A DNA stretch of 64,000 bases, taken from assembly GCA_963840455.1 (NCBI GenBank), contig CAWIYV010000010.1:256001-320000 (forward strand), in the 5' to 3' direction. Origin of the DNA: Nitrospirota bacterium. Lineage in GTDB: Bacteria > Nitrospirota > UBA9217. Numbering within the stretch: the stretch's first letter is position 1; every line of letters begins with the position of its first letter. The translations under genes were made by a program, and so were the position numbers. Of the stretch, positions 9,269-18,860 are shown piece by piece. The notes beneath the pieces were generated by a model. It was not told the DNA's origin. It saw only the letters and a program-made list of their open reading frames with translations, and ran no database searches.

Positions 9269-10012
9269 TTATGCCCTTCCCATGCCGTAGATACGGTCAA
9301 GCAGATCCCTGTCCTCCAGCACTTTGGCGTGGAGCCACGGCATGTACTCCAGGGTAACGACGCCGTTCCATTCCAGCTCCTGCAGGCGGTCCAGGAGGTC
9401 GAGGCAGAAGTTGTCGCGCTCAACGGGCTGGAATTTCTTCGCGACGCCCTTGAGCTCGCGGTCGCGGGTCACCGCCGAAAGATGAAGGTTGACGATATGA
9501 GTATGGTAGCTTTCAATGACCCAGGTGATCTCCGGCTTGGGAAGATTCGAAGTGTCCAACACCATCGGCAGGCTTTCCTTCATGATCAGATCGGGCGTCA
9601 GGACCAGCTTTGAGTTCCACAGGGTCTCCACGGCGATAACGACCCGCGTGCGCTCCTGCAGATGCCTGATGTTCTCGACCACGGACAGATGGTCCAGGTC
9701 GCCGCTTTCTGGGCCCACGGCCTCGGGGTGGAAGACCGCGATGCCGGACCCCACGGCCTCGGCGAACTGGACGGCCTTCCCTGCCCAATCGATGAACTTG
9801 CCGTCGGCCAGATGTCCGTCAGGGGCGTGGACCGAGTAGACAGGAACCTGGTAGTCCCGGACCTGCCGCTCGATGTCCGGAAGGCGGTCCTTGTCCTTCA
9901 GGAACGCGTCAAGGTCCTGCGGCAAGGCCAGCTCGATGGGCACGCCCTGCAGCTTGCTGAGCCGCTCATCGCTGTTGATATACTCGATCTGTCTTCGAAT
10001 ACAGAAGTACAT
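9269..10012 (-). CDS. xylose-isomerase-like TIM barrel (AP endonuclease 2 family); start uncertain
   Basis: SVHAP, VFHP, IAVET, VLDTS, LHLS, TLEY metal-binding pattern. Confidence 0.65.
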   Translation of the reverse strand: MYFCIRRQIEYINSDERLSKLQGVPIELALPQDLDAFLKDKDRLPDIERQVRDYQVPVYSVHAPDGHLADGKFIDWAGKAVQFAEAVGSGIAVFHPEAVGPESGDLDHLSVVENIRHLQERTRVVIAVETLWNSKLVLTPDLIMKESLPMVLDTSNLPKPEITWVIESYHTHIVNLHLSAVTRDRELKGVAKKFQPVERDNFCLDLLDRLQELEWNGVVTLEYMPWLHAKVLEDRDLLDRIYGMGRA

Positions 10013-10291
10013 TAGGTATTGTGGCCAGGCTTCCGGCGAAACTAAGCGGCTGCAACGGTCCGGAGGCGCGGCCGGAAGGCCGCGCTTGTGAAAAAAGATT
10101 ATAGCATTGACCCGGCTCATTTTGTTGTTTTTTTTACCATCGTCCGGATAGTGGGTCGGTCCGCCTTCAAGCATTTTCTATAGATTTATTAGGAATATTT
10201 ATGGGCATTTCCGGGTTTCTGCTTGACAAGAAACTGGCTTTCCGGTAGATTTTTCGAGCATAGCATCATCCCCCCAAGGAGCGCTCAGGTT

Positions 10292-10969
10292 ATGAAAGAA
10301 GGCCCTCTGCTGTTGCCGGAGATCCACGGAATTCCGGAGATCGTCACCTATACGTGGTTCGCCATGGCCGTGCTGATCGTGCTTGCCCTTGCGGCGCGCG
10401 CCAGCCTGAAAAGGACGGCGCCCACAGGCATTCAGAACGTGTTCGAGGTGATCTTCGAAGGCCTTGACAATTACATCGAAGAGATCATGGGACCCGACGG
10501 AAAACGGTACTTCCCGCTCATCGGCAGCCTCTTTCTCTTCATCCTGGTGTCCAACCTGCAGGGGCTGGTCCCGGGCTTCGAATCGCCCACCGGGAACATC
10601 AATACGACCGCGGCCCTGGCCATCACCGTGTTCTTCGCGACCCATATCATCGGCGTGTCGAGGCACGGCTTCTCGTACTTTAAGCACTTTGTGGGCCCCA
10701 TGGTGCTCCTGGCGCCGCTGATGATCCCCTTGGAGGTCATCAGCCACCTTGCCCGGCCTGTCTCTCTGGCATTCCGTCTCTTCGGCAACATGCTCGCGAA
10801 GCACAAGCTGCTCGTTGCGCTCCTCGCGCTGTCGCCCTTCGTGCCTGTGTTCATGGTCCTGGGCCTCGGTGTGTTCGTGGCCTTCGTCCAGGCGGGCGTG
10901 TTCACGCTCCTGACCATGCTGTACCTTGCCGGCGCCATCGAAGAAGCGCACGGCAGCGAACATCATTAG
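10292..10969 (+). CDS. atpB: F0F1 ATP synthase subunit a
   Basis: RPVSLAFRLFGNM, AFVQAGVFTLLTMLY. Confidence 0.95.
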   Translation: MKEGPLLLPEIHGIPEIVTYTWFAMAVLIVLALAARASLKRTAPTGIQNVFEVIFEGLDNYIEEIMGPDGKRYFPLIGSLFLFILVSNLQGLVPGFESPTGNINTTAALAITVFFATHIIGVSRHGFSYFKHFVGPMVLLAPLMIPLEVISHLARPVSLAFRLFGNMLAKHKLLVALLALSPFVPVFMVLGLGVFVAFVQAGVFTLLTMLYLAGAIEEAHGSEHH

Positions 10970-11120
10970 AAGACCCGCTTGCAGGCCTGCAAGCTGACAA
11001 GCTGGAAAGCTTAAGTCACCCTGGCGAACGCTGTTCCCGCGAATGCGGGAGTCGCCTGGAGGTAGCAACCCGGCACGATTCCGGCCAGAAGTCTATATTG
11101 AGAAGAAAGGAGAGAAATCG

Positions 11121-11432
11121 ATGAAAAAGCTCGCAGTTCTCGTTCTGACCCTCAGCCTGGTCCTCGTCGCCGCCGTTGCGTTCGCGGCCGAAGGAGCAGC
11201 CCCTGCAGCGGCAACCGGCGGCCTGACCACTGGCGTGGCAGCGCTCTTCGCCATCGCCATCGCGGCGTTCGGCGGCAGCCTCGGCATGGGCCTGAGCATC
11301 AGCAAGGCGGTCGAAGGCATCGCGCGCAATCCCGAAGCCTCCGGCAAGATCATGACCACCATGATCATCGGTCTGGCGCTGATCGAATCGCTGGCCATCT
11401 ACACGCTGGTCATCATCTTCATCAAGGCGTAA
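11121..11432 (+). CDS. atpE: F0F1 ATP synthase subunit c with N-terminal extension
   Basis: EGIARNPEA loop, LALIESLAIY; AGGAG RBS. Confidence 0.95.
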   Translation: MKKLAVLVLTLSLVLVAAVAFAAEGAAPAAATGGLTTGVAALFAIAIAAFGGSLGMGLSISKAVEGIARNPEASGKIMTTMIIGLALIESLAIYTLVIIFIKA

Positions 11433-11456
11433 GCCAGACCAGCGAGAGCAGTACCC

Positions 11457-11491
11457 GAAGAGGGGACGGTGAGAACCGTCCCCTCTTTTTT
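11457..11491 (+). terminator. intrinsic terminator after atpE
   Basis: AAGAGGGGACGGT-GAGA-ACCGTCCCCTCTT followed by T-tract. Confidence 0.88.
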
Positions 11492-11492
11492 A

Positions 11493-11524
11493 TTGAAGAT
11501 CCCTGCAGCTTGCAGGGATCTTAA
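11493..11524. repeat. solitary hairpin related to the ~118-bp element
   Basis: TTGAAGATCCCTGCAGCTTGCAGGGATCTTAA resembles the element's first hairpin. Confidence 0.55.
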
Positions 11525-11745
11525 GCAGGACTGTGCACAAGCATGCGGATGCAGTCATGGCCGATGACATCACCAATTTCTGTTCCGCCTGATCCTCGTT
11601 CATCGGACCTTATCCATGTCCCTTTGATTTGCTTTTCTTCTGGCGTTCGAAGTATCATCGCGGTTTTTTCCCTTTTTCCCTCCTCCCCTTTGCGGTATAA
11701 TAACGCCTCGATTCCGACCATTATCAAAGGAGCATCACTATCATC

Positions 11746-13185
11746 ATGAATACCGTTCGCGTAAGGTTCGCGCCCAGCCCCACCGGCGCGCTGCATATCG
11801 GCGGCGTCCGCACCGCGCTTTTCAACTGGCTCTTTGCCCGCCATCACAAGGGAGCCTTCATCCTCCGCATCGAGGACACGGACCAGGCGCGGTCCACGGA
11901 CGAGTCCATCAAGATCATCATCGACGGCATGAAGTGGCTCGGCATGGACTGGGACGAGGGTCCGTCCGTATTGTCGGACGGAGCGGTCAAAGGGCACCGT
12001 CAGACCGAGCGCATGGACATCTACCGCGAGTACGCTGACCGCCTCTTACGTGATAACAAGGCATATTATTGCTACTGCTCGCCGGAAGAGCTCGACATGC
12101 GGCGCAAGAAGGCCATGGCGGCCGGGAAGGCGCCCAAGTACGACCGAAAGTGCCTCGGCATGAAGGAGCCGGTCGCAGGGCGGATGCCGGTGCTCAGGTT
12201 CCTGTCCTCCGATGAGGGCGAGACCGTGGTGCGCGATCTGATCCGCGGAGCAGTGACCTTCGAGAACAAACAGCTCGACGACCTGATCATCATGCGTTCC
12301 GACGGGTTCCCGACCTACAACTTCGCCGTCGTGGTGGACGACGTGACCATGAAGATCTCCCATGTGATCCGCGGCGACGACCACCTGAACAACACGCCCC
12401 GCCAGATCCAGATCTACCGGGCGCTGGGGTACGAGCCTCCGGAGTTCGCCCATCTTCCCATGATCCTCGGGTCGGACAAGACGAAACTATCAAAGCGCCA
12501 CGGCGCGACCGCGGTCACCGAATATATCGACCTGGGTTATCTTCCCGAGTCGCTCGTCAACTATCTTTCCCGGCTCGGCTGGTCCCACGGTGACCAAGAG
12601 ATCTTCTCCCGCCAGGAGCTGATCGAGAAGTTCACGCTCGACAGCGTGGGCAAGGCGCCGTCGGTCTTCAATCCTGAAAAGCTGCTCTGGCTGAATCACC
12701 ACTACATCCAGCAGGCGGACCATGGCAGGCTGGCGGGGCTCGTGCTCGATCTCCTGAAGAAGGACGGCATTGTGCAGGACGGCAAAGAGCCTGACGCTGC
12801 TTGGATGAAGAGTCTCGTCAAGATACTGACGGAGCGCAGCCACACGCTCGTCGAGATGAAAACAGGCGCAATCCCGTTCGTCCAGGATGAGATCGCCATG
12901 GACGAGAAGGCAAAGACCAAGCACCTGACGCCCGATGTGGCCCCGCTCCTGATTGAGCTTGCAGGGGCGCTCAAGGCACTTGAGCCCTTCGTCCATGACA
13001 CGATCGAGAAGGCCTTCAACGATCTCGTGGCCGCAAAAGGCATCAAGCTCGGCAAGCTCGCCCAGCCCGTGCGCGTGGCCTTGACCGGCGGGACCGTAAG
13101 CCCCGGCATCTTCGACGTCATCGAGGTCATGGGGAAGGACAAGGTGGTCCGCAGGATAGAGGCGGCGGTTCATCTGATCAGTTAA
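11746..13185 (+). CDS. gltX: glutamate--tRNA ligase
   Basis: [14 protein letters not shown] (HIGH), KLSKR (KMSKS). Confidence 0.97.
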   Translation: MNTVRVRFAPSPTGALHIGGVRTALFNWLFARHHKGAFILRIEDTDQARSTDESIKIIIDGMKWLGMDWDEGPSVLSDGAVKGHRQTERMDIYREYADRLLRDNKAYYCYCSPEELDMRRKKAMAAGKAPKYDRKCLGMKEPVAGRMPVLRFLSSDEGETVVRDLIRGAVTFENKQLDDLIIMRSDGFPTYNFAVVVDDVTMKISHVIRGDDHLNNTPRQIQIYRALGYEPPEFAHLPMILGSDKTKLSKRHGATAVTEYIDLGYLPESLVNYLSRLGWSHGDQEIFSRQELIEKFTLDSVGKAPSVFNPEKLLWLNHHYIQQADHGRLAGLVLDLLKKDGIVQDGKEPDAAWMKSLVKILTERSHTLVEMKTGAIPFVQDEIAMDEKAKTKHLTPDVAPLLIELAGALKALEPFVHDTIEKAFNDLVAAKGIKLGKLAQPVRVALTGGTVSPGIFDVIEVMGKDKVVRRIEAAVHLIS

Positions 13186-13221
13186 GCAGAACAGACAAGG
13201 GCCGGACCCCCGATGCAACGA

Positions 13222-13325
13222 TTGGACGCGGATGAACGCGGATAGAATCCGAGTCTTAGGTTCTTGCGTCAGTGATTCATAATAGGTTGTGTTGTCAGCC
13301 GTGATCATATCTGATCCGCGTCCAA
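13222..13325. repeat. REP-like inverted repeat (CGCGGA/GCAGAG family)
   Basis: TTGGACGCGGAT...ATCCGCGTCCAA. Confidence 0.55.
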
Positions 13326-13345
13326 GTGATCTTGCAGGATTAGCC

Positions 13346-14128
13346 ATGCCAGACCTCATGCCGCTCCTGTTCGTCGGTCACGGTTCGCCGATGAACATCA
13401 TCCAGCAGAACGATTTTACCGAGAGCCTCCGGAAGGCAGGAACAGCGCTGCCGAAGCCCCGCCTCATCCTCTGCGTCTCCGCCCACTGGGTGACCGACGG
13501 CACCTTCGTCACCGGCGCGTCCAAGCCGAAGCAGATCTATGACTTCTACGGCTTCCCGGACGAGCTCTACCAGGTCGCTTATCGTGCAGCCGGCTCCCCG
13601 AAGGACGCGGAATATATTACAAAGCTCGGCAAGAACATCCCGGTCTCGCCCGATGACCATTGGGGCATCGACCACGGCACCTGGGCGGTCCTGCATCACC
13701 TCTATCCCGGGCACGGCATCCCGGTCATCCAGCTGAGCCTCGACGGCAACAAGGAAGAAGATGAGCACTACCGCCTCGCGTCATTCCTCCAGCCGCTCCG
13801 GTCCGAGGGTGTGCTCATCATCGGGAGCGGCAACATCGTGCACAACCTGCGGCTCATCAGCTGGCAGCAGTTCGGCGAGGAGCCCTTTCCCTGGGCGAGG
13901 AAGTTCGACGAGCAGGTGAAAGATGCGCTGGCACGGAAGGATGATGATCTCCTGATCAACTTCGACAGCCGTGACCGGGACATGGGATTCCATGCTGTCC
14001 CGACCAACGAGCATTACCTGCCGCTTCTATATATCGCCGCTCTTCGCGGCAAAGTAGAGAACGTCGAATATATTCATGAAGGCTTTCAGCATCGCTCAGT
14101 ATCGATGCGGAGCTTCATCGTACGTTAA
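13346..14128 (+). CDS. ygiD: 4,5-DOPA dioxygenase-type extradiol dioxygenase
   Basis: FVGHGSPMN, VSAHW, IDHGTW, GSGNIVHNL, PTNEHYLPL. Confidence 0.9.
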   Translation: MPDLMPLLFVGHGSPMNIIQQNDFTESLRKAGTALPKPRLILCVSAHWVTDGTFVTGASKPKQIYDFYGFPDELYQVAYRAAGSPKDAEYITKLGKNIPVSPDDHWGIDHGTWAVLHHLYPGHGIPVIQLSLDGNKEEDEHYRLASFLQPLRSEGVLIIGSGNIVHNLRLISWQQFGEEPFPWARKFDEQVKDALARKDDDLLINFDSRDRDMGFHAVPTNEHYLPLLYIAALRGKVENVEYIHEGFQHRSVSMRSFIVR

Positions 14129-14140
14129 AGGCGGAAAAAG

Positions 14141-14482
14141 ATGACCGGTCCTGACCCGAGAACGCACGCTGTTATGAACGTCGAAAAAGGCGAGAAAGGA
14201 GCAGGCCTCTGGGCGACGCCGCAGATACCGGACATCGGGATCTACAAGCTGGCCGTGAAAAAACGGCTGGACGGTAAATTCGAGTGGGTCCACTTCCAGC
14301 ACCGTTTGGACGGCACGCGCAAGGTCCTGCTCCGGGGCGAGATAGAGTCCAAGGACCGGCTCTCCGCTGTTCTGGAGGTGACGAACAGCACGCTCTTGCG
14401 CATCTATGGCGTCATCATGCAGGTCGCCGACTTCTCCGCATCAACGACGGACGGCAAGAAGTTCGACGGCCCTGTGCAATGA
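14141..14482 (+). CDS. hypothetical protein
   Basis: Co-oriented ORF tightly packed between neighbours; no motif recognised. Confidence 0.6.
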   Translation: MTGPDPRTHAVMNVEKGEKGAGLWATPQIPDIGIYKLAVKKRLDGKFEWVHFQHRLDGTRKVLLRGEIESKDRLSAVLEVTNSTLLRIYGVIMQVADFSASTTDGKKFDGPVQ

Positions 14483-14988
14483 ATATCCAGAATCGTTTTT
14501 CTCTCGCTTGCATGCGGCTCTGCATTGAAAAGAAAACGCTCCTCTCCGGTGAAGTCCACACCTACCCCTGCGAGCTGCTCCATTACGAGAGCGGCTCGGG
14601 CATCCTGCGGTATGTCATCGACCGGAAGTATGACATCCATGGAGTGAAACTCTCACCCGGGGACGAGACCATCGCCCTGTACTGGGAAGGAAGGCCCTAT
14701 ACCTTGTACGTCTGGCGCAGGCGAGCGAAGAAGGACACGACGTACTATTTCAACATCGCCGACCGTATATCGCTCACGCCGCAGGAATTCATCTGGCGTG
14801 ATCTTGCCGTGGACATCCTCGTGGACAGCAGGGGCGTCCATGTCCTTGACGAGGACGAGCTTCCTTCTGGTCTTGATGCTGGTTTCCTTCATTCCATCCG
14901 GGAAGCGCAGGCGCATATCCTCAGCAACTACCCCCGCATCATCGACGAAGCTGTCTCAAAACTGCTCTCTTTCGCACCTCCGTGCTAG
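14479..14988 (+). CDS. DUF402-family protein
   Basis: YYFNIAD, WRDLAVDILV, VLDEDEL; ATGA overlap with upstream gene. Confidence 0.75.
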   Translation: MNIQNRFSLACMRLCIEKKTLLSGEVHTYPCELLHYESGSGILRYVIDRKYDIHGVKLSPGDETIALYWEGRPYTLYVWRRRAKKDTTYYFNIADRISLTPQEFIWRDLAVDILVDSRGVHVLDEDELPSGLDAGFLHSIREAQAHILSNYPRIIDEAVSKLLSFAPPC

Positions 14989-15043
14989 GGATCCTTCACT
15001 CTTCTCTGTTTTGCATTGTTAAATCGCTCGCTTTACGCTACAA

Positions 15044-15334
15044 TTGTCCGTGCGGCTCGACCTGTTCCTGAAGACCACCCGGCTGGTGAAACGAAGGACC
15101 GTGGCGCAGGAAATGTGCGATGCAGGAAAGGTGCTGGTGAATGGCAGCCCTGCCAAATCGGCAAAGGAGGTCAGGCCCGGTGACATCCTGCGGTTATCGT
15201 ACGCTTCGCGGACCATCGACATCGAGGTCCTCGGCGTCCCGGCATCGTCGAAAAATATCAAGACCCCTCCGGAAGAACTGTACCGGGTGACCAGAGACCA
15301 GCGGCTGCAGCGGGAAGATCGCTTGCCCGGATGA
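15044..15334 (+). CDS. S4 RNA-binding protein (YabO/RqcP/Hsp15-like)
   Basis: RLDLFLK..RLVKRRTVAQEMCDAGKVLVNG..AKSAKEV. Confidence 0.88.
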   Translation: MSVRLDLFLKTTRLVKRRTVAQEMCDAGKVLVNGSPAKSAKEVRPGDILRLSYASRTIDIEVLGVPASSKNIKTPPEELYRVTRDQRLQREDRLPG

Positions 15335-15476
15335 ACCGGAACAAGACCTTGGAACCGCGGCGTGCGATGGTTTGACGATATTTCAGAAAAGCACAGGCTC
15401 CAGGGTTTTCTTCCGCTTTGCGTGCTTCGCGGTAAACGGGTTTTGTCACACTCCATAAGCAGGGTTCAGGGTGAAG

Positions 15477-15594
15477 TTGAAACTCCCTGCACCAAGCTGC
15501 GGGGAGTCTTCGATCCTCAAGGTTGTACTTTTATTCAAATCGCTCACATTCCCCGCAGCAAGCTACCGGGGAATGCGCTCGCTCCTGGATTCAA
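15477..15594 (+). mobile_element. ~118-bp two-hairpin element, copy A
   Basis: TTGAA-hairpin-CTTCGATCCTCAAGG...hairpin-GCGCTCGCTCCTGGATTCA; matches other copies in window. Confidence 0.75.
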
Positions 15595-15595
15595 T

Positions 15596-16615
15596 ATGAA
15601 TAAAAAACCCCTCATTGCATTGACCATGGGCGACCCGGCGGGCATAGGGCCGGAGATCATCGCCAAGGTCTTCGACACCGGCGAGGTCTTTTCTCACTGC
15701 CGTCCGGTCATCGTCGGCAACGCCGGCGTCATGAAGAAGATCGTCGAGGACCTGCGCCTCTCGGTCTACATACGCACCATCGGCACCATCGCTGAGGCCG
15801 ATCCGGCTTCCGGCAAGGCCGACGTCCTGCACCTCGCCAACGTTGACCTCGCGAAGCACCTTTGGGGCCGGCCGAACGCAGCGTCGGGGAAAGCGGTCGT
15901 CGAGTACATCAAGCTGGCAGCAGAGCTTGCGATGTCGCGGAAGGTCGACGCCATCGTAACGGCGCCGATCAACAAGGAACTGATGAATGCGGCCGGGTTC
16001 GACTATAGCGGCCATACGGAGCTCCTGGCGAGCCTTACCAACAGCACGAACTACGGAATGATGTTCGTCGGCGGCGGGCTCAAGCTCATCCTCGTGACGA
16101 TCCACCACGCGATCACCGACCTCCCCCGGCTCATCACCCGTGACCGCGTGCTCAGGACCATCAGGCTGGCGCATGCTGCCATGCAGGGGTTCGGCATCGA
16201 GAAGCCGCGCATCGGCGTTGCCGCGTTCAATCCCCATGCCAGTGAGGGCGGCCTCTTCGGCCACGAGGAATTGAATGAGATTCTTCCCGCCGTGCTCGAA
16301 GCGCGTGGTGAAGGCATCGACGCCAGCGACCCCCTTCCGGCCGACACGCTGTTCTTCAAGGCAAGGAACAACTACTTCGACATCGTGGTCGCCATGTACC
16401 ATGACCAGGGCCTGGCCCCTTTGAAGATGCTCGCCTTCGGCAACGCCGTGAACGTCACCGTCGGCCTTCCGATCATCCGCACGTCTGTTGACCACGGCAC
16501 GGCCTACGACATCGCCGGAAAAGGGTGTGCTGATCCGACCAGCCTGCTCGAGGCCGTCAAGCTCGCCGCACAGATATCAAAACAGCAAAAGAGTCCCGGT
16601 GAGGAGCGCGCATGA
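15596..16615 (+). CDS. pdxA: 4-hydroxythreonine-4-phosphate dehydrogenase
   Basis: MGDPAGIGPE, TAPINKE, GHTE, NPHA, MYHDQGL, RTSVDHGTAYDIAGKG. Confidence 0.95.
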   Translation: MNKKPLIALTMGDPAGIGPEIIAKVFDTGEVFSHCRPVIVGNAGVMKKIVEDLRLSVYIRTIGTIAEADPASGKADVLHLANVDLAKHLWGRPNAASGKAVVEYIKLAAELAMSRKVDAIVTAPINKELMNAAGFDYSGHTELLASLTNSTNYGMMFVGGGLKLILVTIHHAITDLPRLITRDRVLRTIRLAHAAMQGFGIEKPRIGVAAFNPHASEGGLFGHEELNEILPAVLEARGEGIDASDPLPADTLFFKARNNYFDIVVAMYHDQGLAPLKMLAFGNAVNVTVGLPIIRTSVDHGTAYDIAGKGCADPTSLLEAVKLAAQISKQQKSPGEERA

Positions 16616-16869
16616 GCGGCCAGCCCTCACTTTTTCTCACCCGCCCCCATCTCTTCGCCGTGATCTTTTTCGCGATCTTCATCTTTCTGCTCTACCAGAT
16701 GACGGGGCTCCTTGCGCCATTTTCCTCGTCCCTTCTGTGGGCGGCGATCATCGCGCTTGCACTGGCCCCGCTCTACCACCGCGTGGAAATAGGAACAGAG
16801 ACTTATCGGGCAAAGCATTGCGCCACAGAGGGCATGGCCGCAGGCCACAGGCAGAGTTCAACGGGATAG
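16612..16869 (+). pseudogene. truncated AI-2E family transporter (N-terminal helices only)
   Basis: LAPFSSSLLWAAIIALALAPLYHRV, then non-homologous tail and stop. Confidence 0.65.
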
Positions 16870-16966
16870 GCCGAAGGACCGGTATTTGTTATTCCTCGGT
16901 GTGCTCGGTGAGCTTTGTGGCAGATGAATTCTGCTCTTGTTTGCATCGGGAAGGAGAATGGGGAGA

Positions 16967-17650
16967 ATGGAAGATCTTGCTAAATCCGACACATGGCGGG
17001 TGTTCCGCATCATGGCGGAGCTGGTCGAAGGATTTGAGGCGCTGAACGGCATCGGACCGGCGGTGACCGTCTTCGGCAGTTCGCGGCTCCAGCCCGGCTC
17101 GCCGTACTACAACAAGTGCCTGAAGGTCACGGAAAACCTCGCGAAGAGCGGCTTCACCGTCATCTCCGGCGGTGGTCCCGGTATCATGGAGGCCGCGAAC
17201 AAGGGGGCTCAGAACGGCAACGGGATCTCCGTGGGGCTGAACATCGCGCTCCCCCATGAGCAGTCGGCGAATCCTTTCCAGGACATCAAGGTCGAGTTCC
17301 GCTACTTCTTCGTCCGAAAACTGATGTTCGTGAAATACGCGGTGGGATATGTCATCTTTCCGGGCGGGTTCGGGACCATGGACGAACTGTTCGAGGCGCT
17401 CACGCTCATCCAGACCAAGAAGATCCGGAGCTTTCCGGTGATCCTGGTGGGGAGGCAATACTGGGCGGGAATGATCGACTGGATGAGGACCGCCGTCCAG
17501 GGCATGGGGAATATTGACGCCGGGGACCTGGACCTCTTTCATGTGGTCGAAGAACCCGAAGAGGTCTGCGAGATCATATTCCGGCGGTACAAGGACCGGA
17601 CAGCGGCATTTCCCAGCGACAAGCGCGCGTCCCACCGCAAGGGCGTGTAG
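16967..17650 (+). CDS. LOG family nucleotide phosphoribohydrolase (TIGR00730-like)
   Basis: GGGPGIMEAANKGA, FFVRK, PGGFGTMDELFE. Confidence 0.92.
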   Translation: MEDLAKSDTWRVFRIMAELVEGFEALNGIGPAVTVFGSSRLQPGSPYYNKCLKVTENLAKSGFTVISGGGPGIMEAANKGAQNGNGISVGLNIALPHEQSANPFQDIKVEFRYFFVRKLMFVKYAVGYVIFPGGFGTMDELFEALTLIQTKKIRSFPVILVGRQYWAGMIDWMRTAVQGMGNIDAGDLDLFHVVEEPEEVCEIIFRRYKDRTAAFPSDKRASHRKGV

Positions 17651-17668
17651 CGATCCGCTCGGGCGGCG

Positions 17669-18406
17669 CTACGGCTCATTTTCCCATTTTTTCCTTCGTT
17701 TTTCCGCGCGGACCTTCCGATGGTGCCTGGCCCGATGCATGCGGAACCACGCCTCGATGTTCTGCCGGTAGATCATGACCAGCAGGATGGCGGCGATGCC
17801 GATGCCGACCACCGTGAAGAACGCCCCATACCGAGCGTCGCGGAAGAACGTCCCGCCGACGGTCAGGAGCGTCGTGCCGAGGAGCCTCCCACTGGTCGAC
17901 ACAAGCAGGAAATCCCGCTGACCCATGTGCCCCAGTCCCAGCACGTAGCACAGGATGTCCTTGGGAAAACCCGGGACCAGGAACATGATGAAGGCCAGGA
18001 ACAGTCCCTTGTGCTTCATCACATAGTCGTACCGCTTGATGACCTCGGCGTTCACAAACACCTCGACAAGGTGCCGTCCCAGCATCCGCGCTATCAGGAA
18101 CGCTATCCAGGAGCCGATAGCCAGCCCGATGGTCGAGTAGACGATCCCCCAGAAGTTTCCGAAGAAATACCCTCCCACGAAACCCGTTACCTCACCCGGC
18201 ACAGGCGCGGCCACGACCTGGAGAGCCTGCAGGCCGATGAAGATGAGCGCGGCATTCGCGCGGTGCTCATGGATGAGCATCGTCATCCGGCGCCGGTCCA
18301 GGAACAGATCGATCAGGCCGAATGAGTACAGCAGGTAGGTCCCTACGGTGAGCAGTGTGCCAATGAGCAGGAGCTGGATGATGGATTTTCTGTCGAGTTT
18401 GAACAT
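17669..18406 (-). CDS. DedA/TVP38 (VTT domain) membrane protein
   Basis: LQVVAAPVPGE, FLVPGFPKDILCY. Confidence 0.88.
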   Translation of the reverse strand: MFKLDRKSIIQLLLIGTLLTVGTYLLYSFGLIDLFLDRRRMTMLIHEHRANAALIFIGLQALQVVAAPVPGEVTGFVGGYFFGNFWGIVYSTIGLAIGSWIAFLIARMLGRHLVEVFVNAEVIKRYDYVMKHKGLFLAFIMFLVPGFPKDILCYVLGLGHMGQRDFLLVSTSGRLLGTTLLTVGGTFFRDARYGAFFTVVGIGIAAILLVMIYRQNIEAWFRMHRARHHRKVRAEKRRKKWENEP

Positions 18407-18425
18407 GGCTGATAACGCGGTCAGG

Positions 18426-18713
18426 TCATTTCTTGAACAGGTCGTCCAATGCCTTTCGGGCATTTTCAGGACCGTCTCCGGTTCGAGAACCCGCCGCAGC
18501 TTCAGCGAACAGGAAAAGGTCGCAATGGTTGGCCTTGTCCTTCTCCCGCACCAGCTCCGCGATCGGCTCGCGGCACTGCTTCGGCGCCGTCCGGTCGAAG
18601 AACCGGCAGTTCAAGCAGCAACGCAGGTCGGCATGGCAATAAGGGCACTCGTCCCTGCGACCGATCTCGCGTGCGAGGGCAAGCTCCTTCTTGCATGCGT
18701 GGCAGACCTTCAT
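18426..18713 (-). CDS. small Cys-rich putative metal-binding protein
   Basis: CHAC, CPYC, CLNC plus further Cys. Confidence 0.75.
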   Translation of the reverse strand: MKVCHACKKELALAREIGRRDECPYCHADLRCCLNCRFFDRTAPKQCREPIAELVREKDKANHCDLFLFAEAAAGSRTGDGPENARKALDDLFKK

Positions 18714-18791
18714 GACTGGTTCTACTATATATCATCGCCTTTTGTTAGGCAAGAGCAATGGCCCGCATTTGCCCGTAAGGGTGCTGGACGC

Positions 18792-18825
18792 AAAAAAAGC
18801 AGGGCTGTATAGACCAGCCCTGCTT
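18792..18825 (-). terminator. intrinsic terminator
   Basis: AAGCAGGGCTG...CAGCCCTGCTT with U-tract on minus strand. Confidence 0.75.
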
Positions 18826-18860
18826 CGTGCGGTGTCAATGTGAGAATTTGACTCCTTCGC

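Noticed and set aside
11121-11432. Na+-translocating ATP synthase
   Set aside because: ES..Y is present but the Gln of the Na+ motif is Met (GMG), so H+ coupling is more likely; a separate atpBE locus is not unusual.
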